Below, piece by piece: positions 50,546 to 64,000 of a DNA stretch of 64,000 nt. The notes under the pieces are model-generated. The model had not been told where the DNA came from. It made no database searches and worked only from the letters and a program-made list of their open reading frames with translations. Both the position numbers and the translations under genes were made by a program. This DNA is from Octopus sinensis (Eukaryota): positions 140,740,001 through 140,804,000 of the forward strand of contig NC_043000.1 in NCBI RefSeq assembly GCF_006345805.1, written 5' to 3'. Each line of letters opens with the position of its first letter. Position 1 is the stretch's first letter.

Positions 50546-53500
50546 AAGACTGAAAAAGAACAATATGATGGTCCAAACAGTATGGAAATAAGGACTTACA
50601 GTTTACTTACCGGATAAAGCAGACAAGGGAAAGACTGAAAAAGAACAATATGATGGTCAAAACAGTATGGCAAAAAGGACTTACAGTTTATTTACCGGAT
50701 AAAGCAGACAAGGGTAAGACTGAAAAAGAACAATATGATGGTCAAAACAGTATGGCAATAAGGACTTACAGTTAAGTTACCGAATAAAGCAGACAAGGGG
50801 AAGACTGAAAAAGAACAATATGATGGTCAAAACAGTATGGCAAAAAGGACTTACAGTTTATTTACTGGATAAAGCAGACAAGGGAAAGACTGAAAAAGAA
50901 CAATATGATGGTCAAAACAGTATGGCAATAAGGACTTACAGTTAATTTACCAGATAAAGCAGACAAGAGAAAGACTGAAAAAGAACAATATGATGGTCAA
51001 AACAGTATGGCAATAAGGACTGACAGTTAATTTAGCGGATAAAGCAGACAAGGGAAAGACTGAAAAAGAACAATGTGATAGTCAAAACAGAATGGCAATA
51101 AGGACTTGCAGTCAGTTTACAGGATAAAGCAGACAAGGAAAAGACTGAAAAAGACCAATATGATGGTCAAAACAGTATGGAAATAAGGACTTACAGTTAA
51201 TTTACCGGATAAAGCTGACAAGGGCAAGACTGAAAAAGAACAAGATGATGCTCAAAAGAGTATGGCAGTAAGGACTTACAGTTAATTTACCGGATAAAGC
51301 AAACAAGGGAAAGACTGAAAAAGAACAATATGATGGTCAAAACAGTATGGCAATAAGGATTTACAGTTAATTAACAGGATAAAGCAGACAAGGGAAAGAC
51401 TGAAAAAGAACAATGTGATAGTCAAAACAGTTTGGCAATAAGGATTTACAGTTAATTAACAGGATAAAGCAGACAAGGGAAAGACTGAAAAAGAACAATA
51501 TGATGGTCCAAACAGTATGGCAATAAGGACTTACAGTTTATTTACCGGATAAAGCAGACAAGGGAAAGACTGAAAAAGAACAATATGATGGTCAAAACAG
51601 TATGGCAATAAGGACTTACAGTTAAATTACAGGATAAAGCAGACAAGGGAAAGACTGAAAAAGAACAATGTGATGGTCAAAACAGTATGGCAAAAAGGAC
51701 TTACAGTTTATTTACCGGATAAAGCAGACAAGGGTAAGACTGAAAAAGAACAATATGATGGTCAAAACAGTATGGCAAAAAGGACTTACAGTTTATTTAC
51801 CGGATAAAGCAGACAAGGGTAAGACTGAAAAAGAACAATATGATGGTCAAAAGAGTATGGCAATAAGGACTTACAGTTAAGTTACCGAATAAAGCAGACA
51901 AGGGGAAGACTGAAAATGAACAATATGATGGTCAAAACAGTATGGCAAAAAGGACTTACAGTTAAGTTACCGAATAAAGCAGACAAGGGGAAGACTGAAA
52001 AAGAACAATATGATGGTCAAAACAGTATGGCAATAAGGACTTACAGTTAAGTTACCGAATAAAGCAGACAAGGGGAAGACTGAAAATGAACAATATGATG
52101 GTCAAAACAGTATGGCAAAAAGGACTTACAGTTTATTTACTGGATAAATCAGACAAGGGAAAGACTGAAAAAGAACAATATGATGGTCAAAACAGTATGG
52201 CAATAAGGACTTACAGTTAATTTACCAGATAAAGCAGACAAGAGAAAGACTGAAAAAGAACAATATGATGGTCAAAACAGTATGGTAATAAGGACTTGCA
52301 GTCAGTTTACAGGATAAAGCAGACAAGGGAAAGACTGAAAAAGTCCAATATGATGGTCAAACAGTATGGCAATAAGGACTTACAGTTAATTTACCGGATA
52401 AAGCAGACAAGGGAAAGACTGAAAAAGAACAATATGATGGTCAAACAGTATGGCAATAAGGACTTACAGTTAATTTACCGGATAAAGCAGACAAGGGAAA
52501 GACTGAAAAAGAACAAGATGATGCTCAAAACAGTATGGCAGTAAGGACTTACAGTTAATTTACCGGACAAAGCAAACAAGGGAAAGACTGAAAAAGAACA
52601 ATATGATGGTCACAACAGTGTGGCAATAAGGACTGACAGTTAATTTAGGGGATAAAGCAGACAAGGGATAGACGGAAAAAGAACAATATGATGGTCAAAA
52701 CAGTATGGCAATAAGGACTTACAATTAATTTACCGGATAAAGCAGACAAGGGAAAGACTGAAAAAGAACAATATGATGGTCAAAACAGTATGGCAATAAG
52801 GACTTACAGTTAATTTACAGGATAAAGCAGACAAGGGAAAGATTGAAAAAGAACAATGTGATGGTCAAAACAGTATGGCAAAAAGGACTTACAGTTAATT
52901 TACCGGATAAAGCAGACAAGGGAAAGATTGAAAAAGAACAATGTGATGGTCAAAACAGTATGGCAATAAGGACTTACAGTTAATTTACCGGATAAAGCAG
53001 ACAAGGGAAAGATTGAAAAAGAACAATGTGATGGTCAAAACAGTATGGCAAAAAGGACTTACAGTTAATTTACCGGATAAAGCAGACAAGGTAAAGACTG
53101 AAAATGAACAATTTGATGGTCAAAATAGTATGGCAAAAAGGATTACAGTTAATTTACCGGATAAAGCAGACAAGGGAAAGACTGAAAGAGAACAATATGA
53201 TGGTCAAACAGTATGGCAATAAGGACTTACAGTTAATTTACTGGATAAAACAGACAAGGGAAAGACTGAAAAAGAACAATTTGATGGTCAAAATAGTAAG
53301 GCAATAAGGACTTAGTTAAGTTACCGGATAAAGCAGACAAGGGAAAGATTGAAAAAGAACAATATGATGGTCAAAACAGTATGGCAATAAGGATTTACAG
53401 TTAATTTACAGGATAAAGCAGACAAGGGAAAGACTGAAAAAGAACAATATGATGGTCCAAACAGTATGGCAATAAGGACTTACAGTTTACTTACCGGATT

Positions 53501-56500
53501 AAGCAGACAAGGGAAAGACTGAAAAAGAACAATATGATGGTCAAAACAGTATGGCAGAAAGGACTTACAGTTAAGTTACCGAATAAAGCAGACAAGGGGA
53601 AGACTGAAAAAGAACAATATTATGGTCAAAACAGTATGGCAAAAAGACTTACAGTTTATTTACTGGATAAAGCAGACAAGGGAAAGACTGAAAAAGAACA
53701 ATATGATGGTCAAAACAGTATGGCAATAAGGACTTACAGTTAATTTACCAGATAAAGCAGACAAGAGAAAGACTGAAAAAGAACAATATGATGGTCAAAA
53801 CAGTATGGCAATAAGGACTTACAGTTAATTTACAGGATAAAGCAGACAAGGGAAAGACTGAAAAAGAACAAGATGATGCTCAAAACAGTATGGCAGTAAG
53901 GACTTACAGTTAATTTACCGGATAAAGCAAACAAGGGAAAGACTGAAAAAGAACAATATGATGGTCAAAACAGTATGGCAATAAGTACTTACAGTTAATT
54001 TACAGGATAAAGCAGACAAGGGAAAGACTGAAAAAGAACGATATGATGGTCAAAACAGTATGGCAATAAGGACTTACAGTTAATTTACCGGATAAAGCAG
54101 ACAAGGGAAAGACTGAAAAAGAACAATATGATGGTCAAAACAGTACGGCAATAAGGACTTACAGTTAATTTAGCAGATAAAGCAGACAAGGGAAAGACTG
54201 ATAAAGAACAATATGATGGTCAAAACAGTGTGGCAGTAAGGACTTACAGTTAATTTAGCGGATAAAGCAGACAAGGGATAGACGGAAAAAGAACAATATG
54301 ATGGTCAAAAGAGTATGGCAATAAGGACTTACAGTTAATTTACAGGATAAAGCAGACAAGGGAAAGACTGAAAAAGAACAATATGATGGTCAAAACAGTG
54401 TGGCAATAAGAACTTACAGTTAATTTAGCGGATAAAGCAGACAAGGGATAGACGGAAAAAGAACAATATGATGGTCAAAATAGTATGGCAATAAGGACTT
54501 ACAGTTAATTTACAGGATAAAGCAGACAAGGGAAAGACTGAAAAGAACAATATGATGGTCAAAACAGTGTGGCAATAAGGACTTACAGTTAATTTAGCGG
54601 ATAAAGTAGACAAGGGATAGACGAAAAAGAACAATATGATGGTCAAAAGTATGGCAAAAAGGACTTACAGTTAATTTACAGGATAAAGCAGACAAGAGAA
54701 AGACGGAAAAAGAACAATATGATGGTCAAAACAGTACGGCAATAAGGACTTACAGTTAGTTTACCAGATAAAGCAGACAAGGGAAAGACTGAAAAAGAAC
54801 AATATGATTGTCAAAACAGTATGGCAATAAGGACTTACAGTTAATTTACAGGATAAAGCAGACAAGGGAAAGATTGAAAAAGAACAATGTGATGGTCAAA
54901 AGAGTATGGCAATAAGGACTTACAGTTAATTTACCGGATAAAGCAGACAAGGAAAAGACTGAAAAAGAACAATATGATGGTCAAAACAGTATGGCAATAA
55001 GGACTTACAGTTAATTTACAGGATAACGCAGACAAGGGAAAGACTGAAAAAGAACAATATGATGGTCAAAACAATATAGCTATAAGGACTTACAGTTAAA
55101 TTACAGGATAAAGCAGACAAGGGAAAGACTGAAAAAGAAAAATATGATGGTCAAAACAGTATGGCAATAAGGACTTACAGTTAATTTACCGGATAAAGCA
55201 GACAAGGGAAAGACTGAAAAAGAACAATTTGATGGTCAAAACAGTATGGCAATAAGGACTTACAGTTAATTTACTGGATAAAACAGACAAGGGAAAGACT
55301 GAAAAAGAACAATTTGATGGTCAAAACAGTAAGGCAATAAGGACTTAGTTAAGTTACCGGATAAAGCAGACAAGGGAAAGATTGAAAAAGAACAATATGA
55401 TGGTCAAAACAGTAAGGCAATAAGGACTTAGTTAAGTTACCAGATGAAGCAGAAAAGGGAAAGACTGAAAAAGAAAAATATGATGGTCAAAACAGTATGC
55501 CAATAAGGACTTACAGTTAATTTACTGGATAAAACAGACAAGGGAAAGACTGAAAAAGAACAATATGATGGTCAAATCAGTATGGCAATAAGGACTTACA
55601 GTTAATTTAAGGATAAAGCAGACAAGGGCAAGACTGAAAAAGAACAAGATGATGGTCAAAACAGTATGGCAATAAGGACTTACAGTTAATTTAGCGGATA
55701 AAACAGACAAGGGAAAGACTGAAAAAGAACAATATGATGGTCAAACAGTATGGCAATAAGGACTTACAGTTAATTTACAGGATAAAGCAGACAAGGGAAA
55801 GACTGAAAAAGAACGATGTGATGGTCAAAACAGTATGGCAATAAGGACTGACAGTTAATTTAGGGGATAAAGCAGACAAGGGATAGACGGAAAAAGAACA
55901 ATATGATGGTCAAAACAGTATGGCAATAAGGACTTACAGTTAATTTACAGGATAAAGCAGACAAGGGAAAGATTGAAAAAGAACAATGTGATGGTCAAAA
56001 CAGTATGGCAAAAAGGACTTACAGTTAATTTACCGGATAAAGCAGACAAGGGAAAGACTGAAAAAGAACAATATGATGGTCAAAACAGTATGGCAAAAAG
56101 GACTTACAGTTTATTTACCGGATAAAGCAGACAAGGTAAAGACTGAAAATGAACAATTTGATGGTCAAAATAGTATGGCAAAAAGGATTACAGTTAATTT
56201 ACCGGATAAAGCAGACAAGGGAAAGACTGAAAGAGAACAATATGATCGTCAAACAGTATGGCAATAAGGACTTACAGTTAATTTACTGGAAAAAACAGAC
56301 AAGGGAAAGACTGAAAAAGAACAATTTGATGGTCAAAATAGTAAGGCAATAAGGACTTAGTTAAGTTACCGGATAAAGCAGACAAGGGAAAGATTGAAAA
56401 AGAACAATATGATGGTCAAAACAGTATGGCAATAAGGATTTACAGTTAATTTACAGGATAAAGCAGACAAGGGAAAGACTGAAAAAGAACAATATGATGG

Positions 56501-59500
56501 TCCAAACAGTATGGCAATAAGGACTTACAGTTTACTTACAGGATTAAGCAGACACGGGAAAGACTGAAAAAGAACAATATGATGGTTAAAACAGTATGGC
56601 AAAAAGGACTTACATTTTATTTACCGGATAAAGCAGACAAGGGTAAGACTGAAAAAGAACAATATGATGGTCAAAACAGTATGGCAATAAGGACTTACAG
56701 TTTATTTACTGGATAAAGCAGACAAGGGAAAGACTGAAAAAGAACAATATGATGGTCAAAACAGTATGGCAATAAGGACTTACAGTTAATTTACCAGATA
56801 AAGCAGACAAGAGAAAGACTGAAAAATAACAATATGATGGTCAAAACAGTATGGCAATAAGGACTTACAGTTAATTTACAGGATAAAGCAGACAAGGGAA
56901 AGACTGAAAAAGAACAATATGATGGTCAAAACAGTATGGCAATAAGGACTTACAGTTAATTTACCGGATAAAGCAGACAAGGGAAAGACTGAAAAAGAAC
57001 AATATGATGCTGCAAACAGTGTGGCAATAAATATTACAGTAAATTTACTGGATAAAGCAGACATATGGAAGACTGAAAAAGAACAATATGATGGTCAAAA
57101 CAGTATGGCAATAAGGACTTACAGTTAATTTACCGGATAAAGCAGACAAGGGAAAGACTGAAAAAGAACAATATGATGGTCAAAACAGTATGGCAATAAG
57201 TACTTACAGTTAATTTACAGGATAAAGCAGACAAGGGAAAGACTGAAAAAGAACAATATGATGGTCAAAACAGTATGGCAATAAGGACTTACAGTTAATT
57301 TACCGGATAAAGCAGACAAGGGAAAGACTGAAAAAGAACAATATGATGGTCAAAACAGTATGGCAATAAGGACTTACAGTTAATTTACCGGATAAAGCAG
57401 ACAAGGGAAGACTGAAAAAGAACAATATGATGGTCAAAACAGTATGGCAATAAGGACTTACAGTTAATTTAGCGGATAAAGCAGACAAGGGAGAGACTGA
57501 AAAAGAACAATATGATGGTCAAAACAGTATGGCAATAAGGACTTACAGTTAATTTACAGGATAAAGCAGACAAGGAAGACTGAAAAAGAACAATATGATG
57601 GTCAAAACAGTATGGCAATAAGTATTACAGTTTATTTAGCGGATAAAGCAGACAAGGGAGAGACTGAAAAAGAACAATATGATGGTCAAAACAGTATGCC
57701 AATAAGGACTTACAGTTAATTTACAGGATAAAGCAGACAAGGAAGACTGAAAAAGAACAATATGATGGTCAAAACAGTATGGCAATAAGGATTACAGTTA
57801 ATTTACCGGATTAAGCAGACAAGGGAAAGACTGAAAAAGAACAATATGATGGTCAAAACAGTATGGCAATAAGGACTTACAGTTAATTTACAGGATAAAG
57901 CAGACAAGGGAAAGATGGAAAAAGAACAATATGATGGTCAAAACAGTACGGCAATAAGGACTTACAGTTAGTTTACCAGATAAAGCAGACAAGGGAAAGA
58001 CTGAAAAAGAACAATATGATTGTCAAAACAGTATGGCAATAAGGACTTACAGTTAATTTACAGGATAAAGCAGACAAGGGAAAGATTGAAAAAGAACAAT
58101 GTGATGGTCAAAACAGTATGGCAATAAGGACTTACAGTTAATTTACCGGATAAAGCAGACAAGGAAAGACTGAAAAAGAACAATATGATGGTCAAAACAG
58201 TATGGCAATAAGGACTTACAGTTAATTTACAGGATAACGCAGACAAGGGAAAGACTGAAAAAGAACAATATGATGGTCAAAACAATATAGCTATAAGGAC
58301 TTACAGTTAAATTACAGGATAAAGCAGACAAGGGAAAGACTGAAAGAGAACAATATGATGGTCAAACAGTATGGCAATAAGGACTTACAGTTAATTTACT
58401 GGATAAAACAGACAAGGGAAAGAATGAAAAAGAACAATTTGATGGTCAAAATAGTAAGGCAATAAGGACTTAGTTAAGTTACCGGATAAAGCAGACAAGG
58501 GAAAGATTGAAAAAGAACAATATGATGGTCAAAACAGTATGGCAATAAGGATTTACAGTTAATTTACAGGATAAAGCAGACAAGGGAAAGACTGAAAAAG
58601 AACAATATGATGGTTCAAACAGTATGGCAATAAGGACTTACAGTTTACTTACCGGATTAAGCAGACAAGGGAAAGACTGAAAAAGAACAATATGATGGTC
58701 AAAACAGTATGGCAAAAAGGACTTACAGTTAAGTTACCGAATAAAGCAGACAAGGTGAAGACTGAAAATGAACAATATTATGGTCAAAACAGTATGGCAA
58801 AAAGGACTTACAGTTTATTTACTGGATAAAGCAGACAAGGGAAAGGCTGAAAAAGAACAATATGATGGTCAAAACAGTATGGCAATAAGGACTTACAGTT
58901 AATTTACCAGATAAAGCAGACAAGAGAAAGACTGAAAAAGAACAATATGATGGTCAAAACAGTATGGCAATAAGGACTTACAGTTAATTTACCGGATAAG
59001 GCAGACAAGGGAAAGACTGAAAAAGACAATATGATAGTCAAGACAGAATGGCAATAAGGACTTGCAGTCATTTATAGGATAAAGCAGACAAGGGCAAGAC
59101 TGAAAAAGAACAATATGATGCTCAAAACAGTATGGCAGTAAGGACTTACAGTTAATTTACCGGATAAAGCAAACAAGGGAAAGACTGAAAAAGAACAATA
59201 TGATGGTCAAAACAGTATGGCAATAAGTACTTACAGTTAATTTACAGGATAAAGCAGACAAGGGAAAGACTGAAAAAGAACGATATGATGGTCAAAACAG
59301 TATGGCAATAAGGACTTACAGTTAATTTACCGGATAAAGCAGACAAGGGAAAGACTGAAATAGAACAATATGATGGTCAAAACAGTACGGCAATAAGGAC
59401 TTACAGTTAATTTAGCAGATAAAGCAGACAAGGGAAAGACTGAAAAAGAACAATATGATGGTCAAAACAGTGTGGCAGTAAGGACTTACAGTTAATTTAC

Positions 59501-62500
59501 CGGATAAAGCAGACAAGGGATAGACGGAAAAAGAACAATATGGTGGTCAAAAGAGTATGGCAATAAGGACTTACAGTTAATTTACAGGATAAAGCAGACA
59601 AGGGAAAGACTGAAAAAGAACAATATGATGGTCAAAACAGTGTGGCAATAAGGACTTACAGTTAATTTAGCGGATAAAGCAGACAAGGGATAGACGGAAA
59701 AAGAACATTATGATGGTCAAAATAGTATGGCAATAAGGACTTACAGTTAATTTACAGGATAAAGCAGACAAGGGAAAGACTGAAAAAGAACAATATGATG
59801 GTCAAAACAGTATGGCAATAAGGACTTACAGTTAATTTAGCGGATAAAGTAGACAAGGGATAGACGGAAAAAGAACAATATGATGGTCAAAATAGTATGG
59901 CAAAAAGGACTTACAGTTAACTTACAGGATAAAGCAGACAAGGGAAAGACGGAAAAAGAACAATATGATGGTCAAAACAGTACGGCAATAAGGACTTACA
60001 GTTAGTTTACCAGATAAAGCAGACAAGGGAAAGACTGAAAAAGAACAATATGATTGTCAAAACAGTATGGCAATAAGGACTTACAGTTAATTTACAGGAT
60101 AAAGCAGACAAGGGAAAGATTGAAAAAGAACAATGTGATGGTCAAAAGAGTATGGCAATAAGGACTTACAGTTAATTTACCGGATAAAGCAGACAAGGAA
60201 AAGACTGAAAAAGAACAATATGATGGTCAAAACAGTATGGCAATAAGGACTTACAGTTAATTTACAGGATAACGCAGACAAGGGAAAGACTGAAAAAGAA
60301 CTATATGATGGTCAAAACAATATAGCTATAAGGACTTACAGTTAATTACAGGATAAAGCAGACAAGTGAAAGACTGAAAAAGAAAATATGATGGTCAAAA
60401 CAGTATGGCAATAAGGACTTACAGTTAATTTACCGGATAAAGCAGACAAGGGAAAGACTGAAAAAGAACAATTTGATGGTCAAAACAGTATGGCAATAAG
60501 GACTTACAGTTAATTTACTGGATAAAACAGACAAGGGAAAGACTGAAAAAGAACAATTTGATGGTCAAAACAGTAAGGCAATAAGGACTTAGTTAAGTTA
60601 CCGGATAAAGCAGACAAGGGAATGATTGAAAAAGAACAATATGATGGTCAAAACAGTAAGGCAATAAGGACTTAGTTAAGTTACCAGATAAAGCAGAAAA
60701 GGGAAAGACTGAAAAAGGACAATATGATGGTCAAAACAGTATGCCAATAAGGACTTACAGTTAATTTACTGGATAAAACAGACAAGGGAAAGACTGAAAA
60801 AGAACAATATGATGGTCAAATCAGTATGGCAATAAGGACTTACAGTTAATTTAAGGATAAAGCAGACAAGGGCAAGACTGAAAAAGAACAAGATGATGGT
60901 CAAAACAGTATGGCAATAAGGACTTACAGATAATTTAGCGGATAAAACAGACAAGGGAAAGACTGAAAAAGAACAATATGATGGTCAAACAGTATGGCAA
61001 TAAGGACTTACAGTTAATTTACAGGATAAAGCAGACAAGGGAAAGACTGAAAAAGAACGATGTGATGGTCAAAACAGTATGGCAATAAGGACTGACAGTT
61101 AATTTAGGGGATAAAGCAGACAAGGGATAGACGGAAAAAGAACAATATGATGGTCAAAACAGTATGGCAATAAGGACTTACAATTAATTTACCGGATAAA
61201 GCAGACAAGGGAAAGACAGAAAAAGAAGAATATGATGGTCAAAACAGTATGGCAATAAGGACTTACAGTTTATTTACCGGATAAAGCAGACAAGGTAAAG
61301 ACTGAAAATGAACAATTGATGGTCAAAATAGTATGGCAAAAAGGATTACAGTTAATTTACCGGATAAAGCAGACAAGGGAAAGACTGAAAGAGAACAATA
61401 TGATGGTCAAACAGTATGGCAATAAGGACTTACAGTTAATTTACTGGATAAAACAGACAAGGGAAAGACTGAAAAAGAACAATTTGATGGTCAAAATAGT
61501 AAGGCAATAAGGACTTAGTTAAGTTACCGGATAAAGCAGACAAGGGAAAGATTGAAAAAGAACAATATGATGGTCAAAACAGTATGGCAATAAGGATTTA
61601 CAGTTAATTTACAGGATAAAGCAGACAAGGGAAAGACTGAAAAAGAACAATATGATGGTCAAAACAGTATGGCAAAAAGGACTTACAGTTTATTTACCGG
61701 ATAAAGCAGACAAGGGTAAGACTGAAAAAGAACAATATGATGGTCAAAACAGTATGGCAATAAGGACTTACAGTTAAGTTACCGAATAAAGCAGACAAGG
61801 GGAAAACTGAAAATGAACAATATTATGGTCAAAACAGTATGGCAAAAAGGACTTACAGTTAATTTACCGGATAAGGCAGACAAGGGAAAGACTGAAAAAG
61901 GACAATGTGATAGTCAAGACAGAATGGCAATAAGGACTTGCAGTCAGTTTATAGGATAAAGCAGACAAGGGCAAGACTGAAAAAGAACAAGATGATGCTC
62001 AAAACAGTATGGCAGTAAGGACTTACAGTTAATTTACCGGATAAAGCAAACAAGGGAAAGACTGAAAAAGAACAATATGATGGTCAAAACAGTATGGCAA
62101 TAAGTACTTACAGTTAATTTACAGGATAAAGCAGACAAGGGAAAGACTGAAAAAGAACGATATGATGGTCAAAACAGTATGGCAATAAGGACTTACAGTT
62201 AATTTACCGGATAAAGCAGACAAGGGAAAGACTGAAAAAGAACAATATGATGGTCAAAACAGTGTGGCAATAAGGACTTACAGTTAATTTAGCGGATAAA
62301 GCAGACAAGGGATAGACGGAAAAAGAACAATATGATGGTCAAAAGAGTATGGCAATAAGGACTTACAGTTAATTTACAGGATAAAGCAGACAAGGGAAAG
62401 ACTGAAAAAGAACAATATGATGGTCAAAACAGTGTGGCAATAAGGACTTACATTTAATTTAGCGGATAAAGCAGACAAGGGATAAACGGAAAAAGAACAA

Positions 62501-64000
62501 TATGATGGTCAAAATAGTATGGCAATAAGGACTTACAGTTAATTTACAGGATAAAGCAGACAAGGGAAAGACTGAAAAAGAACAATATGATGGTCAAAAC
62601 AGTGTGGCAATAAGGACTTACAGTTAATTTAGCGGATAAATTAGACAAGGGATAGACGGAAAAAGAACAATATGATGGTCAAAATAGTATGGCAAAAAGG
62701 ACTTACAGTTAATTTACAGGATAAAGCAGACAAGGGAAAGACGGAAAAAGAACAATATGATGGTCAGAACAGTACGGCAATAAGGACTTACAGTTAGTTT
62801 ACCAGATAAAGCAGAAAAGGGAAAGACTGAAAAAGAACAATATGATTGTCAAAACAGTATGGCAATAAGGACTTACAGTTAATTTACAGGATAAAGCAGA
62901 CAAGGGAAAGATTGAAAAAGAACAATGTGATGGTCAAAAGAGTATGGCAATAAGGACTTACAGTTAATTTACCGGATAAAGCAGACAAGGAAAAGACTGA
63001 AAAAGAACAATATGATGGTCAAAACAGTATGGCAATAAGGACTTACAGTTAATTTACAGGATAACGCAGACAAGGGAAAGACTGAAAAAGAACAATATGA
63101 TGGTCAAAACAATATAGCTATAAGGACTTACAGTTAAATTACAGGATAAAGCAGACAAGGGAAAGACTGAAAAAGAACAATATGATGGTCAAAACAGTAT
63201 GGCAATAAGGACTTACAGTTAATTTACCGGATAAAGCAGACAAGGGAAAGACTGAAAAAGAACAATTTGATGGTCAAAACAGTATGGCAATAAGGACTTA
63301 CAGTTAATTTACTGGATAAAACAGACAAGGGAAAGACTGAAAAAGAACAATTTGATGGTCAAAACAGTAAGGCAATAAGGACTTAGTTAAGTTACCGGAT
63401 AAAGCAGACAAGGGAAAGATTGAAAAAGAACAATATGATGGTCAAAACAGTAAGGCAATAAGGACTTAGTTAAGTTACCAGATAAAGCAGAAAAGGGAAA
63501 GACTGAAAAAGAACAATATGATGGTCAAAACAGTATGCCAATAAGGACTTACAGTTAATTTACCGGATAAAGCAGACAAGGGAAAGCCTGAAAAAGAACA
63601 ATGTGATAGTCACAACAGAATGGCAATAAGGACTTGCAGTCAGTTTACAGGATAAAGCAGACAAGGGAAAGACTGAAAAAGAACAATATGATGGTCAAAT
63701 CAGTATGGCAATAAGGACTTACAGTTAATTTAAGGATAAAGCAGACAAGGGCAAGACTGAAAAAGAACAAGATGATGGTCAAAACAGTATGGCAATAAGG
63801 ACTTACAGTTAATTTAGCGGATAAAACAGACAAGGGAAAGACTGAAAAAGAACAATATGATGGTCAAACAGTATGGCAATAAGGACTTACAGTTAGTTTA
63901 CCAGATAAAGCAGACAAGGGAAAGACTGAAAAAGAATAATATGATGGTCAAAACAATACGGCAATAAGGACTTATAGTTAATTTACAGGATAAAGCAGAC
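50546..64000. repeat. Satellite DNA, ~85-bp monomer, ~158 copies in the window, continues past the end
   Basis: Consensus GGGAAAGACTGAAAAAGAACAATATGATGGTCAAAACAGTATGGCAATAAGGACTTACAGTTAATTTACCGGATAAAGCAGACAA. The first AGACTG motifs are at 50547 and 50632 (period 85). Confidence 0.98.

Noticed and set aside
50546-64000. CRISPR array or repeat-protein gene (MMVKQYGNKDLQ.. ORFs)
   Set aside because: No spacers. The 85-bp period is not a multiple of 3, and the short ORFs arise only at indel variants.

Overview
Eukaryotic, AT-rich, microsatellite-saturated DNA with no convincing host protein-coding gene. The repeat families resemble those I recall from octopus (coleoid cephalopod) genomes; this taxon assignment is inference. 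Bases 1-50.5 kb are a mosaic of transposable elements: at least four tRNA-derived SINE families, many 5'-truncated RTE 3'-UTR copies ending in (GAT)n, CR1-like 3' ends, an internally deleted DD37D (maT-type) Tc1/mariner element, several MITEs, a non-autonomous Helitron, Penelope-like fragments, and one apparently full-length but decayed RTE LINE (42254-46494). Bases 50546-64000 are an ~85-bp satellite with multi-kb higher-order duplications that runs off the window. Almost all ORFs in the supplied track are artefacts of microsatellites or tandem repeats, or are TE pseudogene pieces. The most notable observations are: (1) an intact minimal type I hammerhead ribozyme at 48134-48181, plus three variant or decayed hammerhead-like motifs from other families; (2) an inverted self-duplication inserted between the C-terminal zinc fingers of the RTE LINE, able to form long dsRNA; (3) a SINE-head/RTE-tail chimera; (4) higher-order structure in the satellite. 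Boundaries were placed by eye and are approximate unless a TIR or TSD is quoted.
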